A stretch of DNA of 64,000 nt, taken from positions 248,001-312,000 of the forward strand of contig NW_019029017.1 of the NCBI RefSeq assembly GCF_002105155.1. The letters are read 5' to 3'. Source of the stretch: Lobosporangium transversale (Eukaryota). Positions within the stretch are counted from its first letter, which is position 1. Each line of letters begins with the position of its first letter. Positions 55,780 through 64,000 of the stretch are shown here, piece after piece. Both the position numbers and the translations under genes were made by a program. The notes beneath the pieces were generated by a model. It was given only the letters and a program-made list of their open reading frames with translations, did no database searches and was not told where the DNA came from.

Positions 55780-55819
<40 letters not shown>

Positions 55820-58800
55820 GAAAGTTAGCAACTGCGCATCAAATGATTTTTCCGTCTCCATCTCGGATGATATTATAAATGTGATAATAGCGGACCTTCT
55901 CGCTCAACAATCAGTCTTTCCTGTTTGGCAGAGTCCATAATTTCATCATGTTTCAATGCACTATGCACTCCCGAGGATTCAAACAAACTCGTGAGAATGT
56001 TGATCTCAGATGAATCTTGCGAATGGTCTGTATCTCTAACAGATTTGTTTGCTTTCTTAAGGTTGTGCTCTTCATCCCCTTCATCCTTGACCCCGCCTGG
56101 AAGAGAACTCGACTCGCGTGGAGCTTTGCTATTGATGGATAAATAAACATCCGTCAGCGGCGATTGTAATTATCTCAATAAAGTACAAATGAAAATAGCT
56201 CTGCCTAAAAAAAAAAAAAAAACCTACAACTTTTCAATCTTGCGTACACCATCGAGTTGCGAAAGTTCCTCCAGGCTGTCTCCTCCTCGTCTAGATGACT
56301 TTGACTTGCTTCGATTTGATTTAATGGACACTTCAGATCCCTGAAAAATCCCTCCAGTCTCTGTTCCGACCGCATCTTCACCTTCAAGAGTAAATAAATC
56401 AGCCATATCATGGCTCTTAAAAAACCGTCGCTGCTTTGGGTCCTTGAGGATCTTGTTAGTCAGAAACTGCTTGAAAATTTGACGATGGTAGATCTTTTCT
56501 TCAATGGTTCCTGAAGTCATCAGTCGATAGATTGTCACCGCTCGAGTCTGGCCTAATCTCCAAGCACGCTCCCGTGCCTGCACATCTGTCGATGGGTTCC
56601 AGTCCGGGTCAAAAATAATAACCCGGTCTGCACCTGTCAGGTTTACACCCAGACCACCAACCTTAGTCGTCAACAGAAATATATAGATGTCGTCTCTTGC
56701 ATTAAATTCGTCCACCAAACTCATTCTGTTTTGAATTGGCGTTGTGCCATCCATGCGCCTGTAGCTGTAGCCTTCGCTCTTGATAAATTTTTCAAGAATA
56801 TCGAGCATGGTCCTTGTCTGGGAGAACAATAATACACGGTGCTTCTCTTTTTGCCACATCTGTAATAACGCCCTTACAACCACCATCTTGCCACTTTTAC
56901 TATAATGACCATAATCTGGATCGTTTTTGTGCTTTTCACGCGCCAGAATATCTGCATGGTTGCAAATCTTGCGAACAAGGTCAATTCCATACAAGGCATG
57001 TCGCTTGCCCTCCATGATTGATGTTAGTTCGTTAGACTTCAAGAATTCTTCATATGCCGATCTCTGTGGTGGAGTCAGTTTACAGAACAAAACTTGTTCC
57101 GACTTCTTGGGCATATCTGATGCTACATCGGCTTTCATTCTCCTCAATAGGTATGGGTTAATCAAATTTCTTAATACACATGCACACTTGTAAGCTGTTT
57201 GAACCTGTAGGTTACTCGCATTCGCATATCCCCCTAAGTTGATAGGGATCGCAAACTGAGATTGAAAGACGGGTAATGTGCCAAGTCGACCAGGAAACAC
57301 AAAGTCAAAGAGCGACCACAGTTCGTTCAGGTTGTTCTGAATAGGTGTCCCTGACAGAATAATCCGATGCGGCGTCCTAAACTGCTTGCACGTCAGTGTG
57401 ATGTCCGCATCGGGGTTTCTAATCTTGTGTCCTTCGTCCAAGACAATGTAGGACCAGGTTTTCCGCAAGAGCCGCCGCGCATGAATGCGGAGGCCAGCAT
57501 ATGTTGTGACAAGGACATGACCTTTGGAGCTAATACGATCAATAATGTCATCTGCGACTGTGCGCTCCTCATTCTCTTCTGTTGCTCTTCCACGGCGAGC
57601 TCTTCCTCCAAACCGGTTTTTCCCCCTGCGTTTCTTTTTGACACTTCCGCTGCTATACCCGTCAGAAAATGAATCGTGGGAGTCATCATCCCGTTCATGA
57701 TATGTGTCGTTATTACTGCTATGCATACCACTTCCACTAGAATGTAGAATTGCCACACGCATCGGGGGCCACCATCGATGAAATTCTTTGACCCATTGCT
57801 TCAGAAGCGTAGCTGGGCACACAATAATGATGGGTGCCTCTAGATTGCCACTGTATAAAAGCCCGGCCAAAAACGAGATTATTTGGATTGTCTTTCCCAA
57901 GCCCTATAAACATGAATCAGTAGTGAGCTTAGGGCGGTATCATAAAACGATTTTTTTTTTTTGGCTCTTTATAATGCTTGCACTTGGTGCTTACCATTTC
58001 GTCACCTATGATCCCCCCCGCACCTTGACAATGGAGTTCCCAGAGCCATTGTGTGCAGGTCTTTTGATAGTCAAATAGGTTAGAATAAATGTCCCCTGGA
58101 ATCTTGTAGCCACCTTCCAGTTCTGCATCTGGTATGCTCGGATGGGGGTTATTCATTTCGAGGGCAGGCTCCAACTTTTGCTCAGGATTGTCCCATCCTT
58201 CATTCACGTCCTTTTCTAAGGATGCATCGGGCTAGTAAGCGGCAAAGATTTCCTTGTATCAGCATTAGCAACATTGAACCTCTGGAAGTTAACGCTCGAA
58301 AGCCATGTATAAAGGCTTATTGCGTCAGTAACTTACATTATTGATACGCCAACGAAGGTGTCTTCGCTTCTGTGCCCAGTCATAAAGACGTTTTTGATAG
58401 TTCATCTCATTCCCATCATCATCACAAAGAGATCTATATGCTGCGCCGCCCTTAGCTCTCTTTTTTGAACTCAGGGGAATGTCATTATCGCCGTCATCTA
58501 GCTTGAAGTCGTCGTCATCCACAATCTCCTGGATATCCGAATAATCATCATCGCTCGCTCCTACAAAATCCGGATCGAGCGTATCTTCACTGCTCTCATA
58601 ATTTTTGTCGTTATCATCGTCATGAAACTCACTTTCACTACGGCCGATTGCCGAAACAATTCTGCTCCTTGCTTTCCGCATACTAGAGCGCTCCGCAGGC
58701 ACCACATTGTTTTGAACGTAAGTTTTGTTTTCGTCCTCTCTTTTCAAACTCCTGCCGATTAAACTCCACGAGGGCCGAGCCAGGTGGACATGAGACTTAG

Positions 58801-59643
58801 GACCTTCTTCTACAGGCATTGATGTGCCTGCAATCTTGAATCCAGAGGACGAGGTAGAGGGTTCTCCCTGTTTTGACTTTTCCAGGCCCGATATGGCGGC
58901 AAACGGCGTAATTTTACCTGTGCGAATTAGGTACTCACGCTGGGATTCGCCATCCATCTGCTCCGAAGCCGTAGATGTTGCAGAAGATGTAAGCTGTGAG
59001 GGTAAGGGTGCTCCTGATTTCCGTGCGCGGATTCTCTCAGTTATATCAGCTCCATCTAGCTCTGCTTGCGCAAGCTCTTCATTCAAAGCGTTTAACCGAT
59101 CCTCCAGGTTGGATAGCGCAAATGATCCCCGCTCCAGCTTCCTCCGATTACTTTCAAGCTTCTTTATCTCTAGTCGAATTTTACTACAATCCAAAGCAAA
59201 TGCCATGTTAGTTTCTCTTGTCGTCTATGACTTTTTAATAGGATGGACGCAATTACTTACTTTACATTCTTGAGTATCTTTTCCAATCGCTTTTTATTCA
59301 TAGCGTTTTCCTTTGCATCAAGTGCCTTGCTGGCCTAAATATTAATGAAACCTCATTGGCTTGTTATACCACTGTGGTGTATGAGAAAATATAGACGTCA
59401 TTAACATATATGGCAATAGATCCTCGGGTTCAATACCTTGGATATAATGTCTCTTTCCAACGTATCCTGGTCAACCATGGCAACATCGAGTAAGGCACCT
59501 AAATTGTCTGCGACTACGTTATCTAATGTTTTGTTTGATAACATTGTACTTGTTTCATGGTCGACAGTAGAAGTAGTTGTGAGTGGTTGATATTCCATTC
59601 CATCGCTAAAGTTGTTAGTATCTGGTTGTTGTGGATAGTCCAT
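55319..59643 (-). CDS. RAD26: Rad26/Rhp26/ERCC6 (CSB) SNF2-family ATPase for transcription-coupled repair, 7 exons
   Basis: [89 protein letters not shown]. Six GT-AG introns are phase-consistent. Confidence 0.95.
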
Positions 59644-60173
59644 GGCAATGAAGGTGAAGCTACGAAATGTCACTGATGATTATACTTTGAATAAGTAAAG
59701 AAGAACAATGGAGGCAAATGAACAAAAAGAGAAAAAAGAATGAATGTGACATGGGATAAATAGTGAAGTTGAGATGTGGCAAATGACAATGTCTGTCATT
59801 TTAATTTGTGGCTAGTTGCCACCAATCCGTTTGTGACTGCGGAGTGCGTTGCAGATAAAAATTCGAGGATTAAGCACTTGTACAGTTTACTGTTACATGC
59901 ACATTCCATTCAATTAAATCATTAAAGAGACGTCGACATATAATTTTTTACATCTGTTGGCACAGCCCTGAAATAAACGGACAATCAATTTCTTGTGTAT
60001 CTGTGTGCATTGGGCGCTCCCCTTTTTAAAATTTTTGTACTTCCATTTGTACTTCACCATAAAATTCCCTCACCTGCATGTCTTCTCTTTCTCCATTTCC
60101 GTCTTTTCTCTTTTTCCTTCTCTTTTTCTTTTTCTACCTCTCTCGCCACGTCAACACCCCCACAACTATCGTC

Positions 60174-62645
60174 ATGGTCACTCCAGTAGAAACCCCCCCC
60201 AATATTATATCTCAGCAACGTGTGTCTCTTAATACACACTCGTCCTCTGCCTCTTTCTCAATAACGCCCTCCTCTCGATCCTCATCCTCCCATTTATCAC
60301 TTAACTCTACCATTGAGTCGACTCTACAAACTTCACCTCGGCAACAGTTCCCTTCACCCTCGGATCCATTGGGATCTCTTCAACACCATCCACTGCCACC
60401 AATACGTAGCCGGGCTGATGCACACGAGAGCCGATCCCAGCTGATAACAGGGCTCCCTTCCTCTATCGACCAGATTTCCCCGTCTGGCCTTGCTTCTGTT
60501 TCGCCTTCCAGTTGGTCAACCATATCTTCTGATACGACTCCATCATTGGCCAGTTCATCCGCATTTGAGAGTAAAGTTCGTTTTGAACGACTACCTCAGG
60601 GTGGTCATCGGCATCATCTTTCGGCACCAAAGCGACATCAATTTCTATCGAATCAAGTACGAAGACTTCGAGAACTCTTGGACAGCAAGAGAGATCACCA
60701 TGCAGAAGATCATACTTCACCTATAACAGGCATCCCACATTCACATGCACAGTCACCACTCCAAGGATCTTCACATCAGTTCAAGTCAGAAGTGCTCGAA
60801 GACTCATCGCCATTGTCCAGCGAGAAGTGCCAAGAAATGGACACTGACCGCTATCAGCATCAACCACAATTACACCCACATCCATATCCACATCCACAGC
60901 AACAGAATGGGGGAGTAGCTAGTCCCACAGCCCACAATCGCAGACGACAAAGCTTGCTTAAGACAGACTTTGCACAAAAGTATGGCGAGTTACAACAGGT
61001 CATAGGAAAAGGTAAAAAAGACTTACACATTCAATTACCACATTCACATGCGACACAATACTCACGCTTTCTAAAAAAAAGGCACGTACCTTGGAAACAG
61101 ATTCCAATTCCATCATTGAATGGATCAAAAAGAACATATACAAAAAAAGCTTATGTATACGTGTATCTACACGCATACAGCTACGTTCCCTAACTGTACT
61201 AACTGAATTGTGTCATGAATACAACTGTCCTTACGCTTCTTCCCGCTATTATTGCGTTTACCACTTTTTTTTTTTTTTTTTTTTTTCTCTCTCTCACATC
61301 TGATCATGTTTTCTGCTTCTATTTTCAACAGGCGCTTTTGGCATAGTGAAATTATCGATTAAGAAAGATTCAGACACTGGTGAGGAGCATGCATATGCTG
61401 TCAAGGTAACAATGTGGAAGAAATACAAAGTTATAACTCTCCTTTACATCCCGTGGTAAATTCCAGGCAAAACTCAAAACCATTCTATCCCATGGTAGGA
61501 ATTTAAACAGGCCTATGGGGAATCACAAAAGCAATACATGCGTCGTCTGACGAGTGAATTTTGCATTGCTTCTTCACTCAGGCATATCAACGTCATCCAT
61601 ACGATGGATCTACTTCAACTACATGGAGAAACCTATATTGAAGTGATGGAATATTGTGGAGGTGGAGATATGTGCAGTTTGATTGCCTCTGCCAATACCC
61701 TGGGGGAATCGGAGTCAAATTGCTTTTTTTCACAATTGGTTCATGGTGTAGGGTTCTTGCATTCTATGGGAGTTGTGCATCGGGATTTGAAGCCCGAAAA
61801 CTTACTTTTGACATCAGATGGCTGTCTCAAAATTGCGGATTTCGGGAACAGTGAGGTTTTTAGAATGCCATGGGAAAAGAAAGTAAGATCATCGGCTTCT
61901 ATTCGAGGTAGTGGTCCATTTATTGCTCCAGAGGAGTTCACTAGCGAAACGTTCGATGCTCGGTAAGTAAGCTAGTAAGCAAACAAGCAAACAAACAAAA
62001 GAAAGTGCTTTCAACTAACACCTTTTATTTATTTATTTACTTTAATGTAATTGTAGCAAGGTAGATATGTGGGCATGTGGTGTTATATATATGTGCATGA
62101 GGCTCGGGCGATATACTTGGCATGAGGCCTCGAATGGAGACCCCATTTGGGATGCATTCCTGTACAAGCGTGAGCGCTTCCTGAGTGTCCAGGATATCAA
62201 GCTGCAACAGCCACAGCCACAGCCACAGCTAGCACAGCACATGGCACACTCAAATCCTTATAGGAGCCACACCCCTCCTTCTCACATCAATCTGACAGCA
62301 ATCGAGCAAGTACTACATGTCACACTTGCGTGGCCAAATCATGTTCTAGATGTGATTGAGAATGTTTTGGAGCCTGATACAAGGAAACGATGGCAGGCTA
62401 CTAGTGTTATGAACAGTGAGTGGTTTCAGTTAATTGAGAACTGCCATCCGACCCCTCCTCCTCCAGAACAGGTGTTGGATGAGAGCGACTTTGAGGCAGC
62501 CATCCCGAGTCAGAGAGTTGGCTCTAAAGTCATTGCTGAAGGTGCGTCTGTGGCAGGATGCAAAATTGTAAAAGAAGTTAAGCAAAGGCGAACGATAGCA
62601 GGGAGTGCAACAAGAAGTATAGATGGAGTCTCTCATGAATCATAG
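60174..62645 (+). CDS. HAL-family Ser/Thr protein kinase (Sat4/Hal4-like), 4 exons
   Basis: RFERLPQGGHRHHL N-terminal motif; KYG...IGK|GAFG.V; YAVK; RLTSEFCIASSLRH; HRDLKPENLLL; DFGNSE; GSGPFIAPEE; VDMWACGVIY. Introns ~61012-61331, 61406-61498 and 61963-62056. Confidence 0.9.
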
Positions 62646-63485
62646 AAATCCCGGGATAATGGCTCTAGAAACTTAAAACTAAAATATAGAAATTGGGTAT
62701 TGGACTCCCCTTTGAGTTGTACGCTGTAGTGTGGTTGGTCGAGGTCTTTGACTGGTTGGCTTCAAGGCCCAGTTGACGCCCAAAGTTTTACGGTTATTAG
62801 GTTGAGAGTGTTCTACGATTCATGGTGTTGTCGCCTCTTTTAATGCGAGGGTGGGAACGGTGGTGAAGCGCGTCGTTTCATTGGTTATGGACATTGCCTT
62901 CGAGTATCGAGTGCTCAGTATCAAAGGGCTTCTGAGCTTGCGATGTAAGGCAGCAACCAGCCTGCCATTGGTCCCAGTTCATACAATGCTTACTGTTAAC
63001 ATGGAGGATAGAGTCAGAGCATCTTTACAAAATGAGTAATAGCGAGGGGGAGATAAACACAAAATACTGAAGTGGGGACATCGAACAGCGCCTCCTAGCA
63101 TGGTCGAGCTTATGGGATTACATTTGATCTTGTGTGCCTCAAGGTAGGCGAGAACGCCCTGCCCATCCATATTACGGCAGGTTTACTTGCACATGATGAA
63201 TCATTCGTAGAGAGCATTAGCCTTTACTCTTTAGCTTTAGTTTTTGTAAAGATTAGCATGTTCTCTTTAGGACAAAACTTACTCTGCGTGGTCCAGAAGG
63301 GAAATACAAAGATCAATGAAAAGAATCAAATTTATTAACACAAAAAAAGGTAAATAGTAGAGCTGTAAAATAGCAAAATGGCAAAGCAAAATAGTAAAAA
63401 TAGTACAATAGCAAAAAAAAAAACATATTATTCTCAATGCTAGAGCCGTTTTCTCGGCATGTGGTCCCCGTACAAATACTTGCAA

Positions 63486-64000
63486 TCACGTCTGAAATCC
63501 AAGCGCCAAGGACAGTATACTATCTTCAGCATCTGGCTCAATAACTGTGTATCCTTGTTTTGGCCGACTGAAAAACCCCCTCCGAAGCTTCCCTCTCGGT
63601 CCAAGATCTTCGATGAATGTGTTGGAGTCAAAGTCGATCAAATCGACAGAACCATTAGGTGCATGATTCGTCCCAATCCCTGAGTCACGTCCCTGTAGAA
63701 GCTTAGCTGGTAACTCATATGTGTACGGAGGAAGTTCTCCAACAGTATCACTATATAGAGTCAGCTGATCCTGCCGCTCTTCCGTTCTATTACTGGGAAT
63801 CTTGTTTATGGAGACCGGCGGGTCCACTTCGAGCCCTTGCGCCTCCTGTGTGTTCATCCCTAAACCCGATTCCTCTGTTGGGGCTATTAGTGATCGCATT
63901 ATGGCCCTCGATTGCTCCTGCAGCGCAGAGCGTGGCGACGGTACAACAACCCGCACTCTCGAAGCAATCTTGCACAGGTAGTCCCACCCAATCCATGCAA
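63486..64000 (-). CDS. 3' end of an unidentified gene running off the window
   Basis: Open frame from the window edge (AWIGWDYLCKIASRVRVVVP...LPPY...SLALGFQT*). Coding-like composition; no domain recognised. Confidence 0.5.
   Translation of the reverse strand, partial: AWIGWDYLCKIASRVRVVVPSPRSALQEQSRAIMRSLIAPTEESGLGMNTQEAQGLEVDPPVSINKIPSNRTEERQDQLTLYSDTVGELPPYTYELPAKLLQGRDSGIGTNHAPNGSVDLIDFDSNTFIEDLGPRGKLRRGFFSRPKQGYTVIEPDAEDSILSLALGFQT

Noticed and set aside
62700..63250. GC-balanced stretch that might be extra exons or a small gene
   Set aside because: All frames close quickly; no recognisable motif or splice-consistent model.

Overview
This is eukaryotic (fungal) genomic DNA. It has short GT-AG introns, very long poly-A/T runs and a gene set that suggests an early-diverging fungus (Mucoromycota, probably Mortierellaceae; this placement is inference). 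I can support 16 protein-coding genes, one of them partial: FOL3-type dihydrofolate synthase, a Mid2-like single-pass protein, a secreted GDSL esterase, YOS9, DHH1, an Nvj2/TEX2-like PH+SMP protein, UBL3/MUB, a hypothetical protein, a forkhead TF, a small conserved putative mitochondrial protein, VPS10/PEP1, CCDC25/Jlp2, a LEA_2 membrane protein, RAD26/CSB, a HAL4/SAT4-type kinase and a partial gene at the right edge. Three decayed DNA transposons are also present: a Tc1 with long TIRs, an IS630/Tc1 DDE remnant and a MULE/SWIM remnant. The most unusual feature is a ~2,200-aa Vps10 receptor with three tandem Vps10/10CC modules (yeast Vps10 has two, sortilin one). Its modules share intron positions, which points to intragenic duplication. 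No tRNA, rRNA, CRISPR or clearly novel multi-gene system was recognised. Exon boundaries were read by eye and some are approximate.
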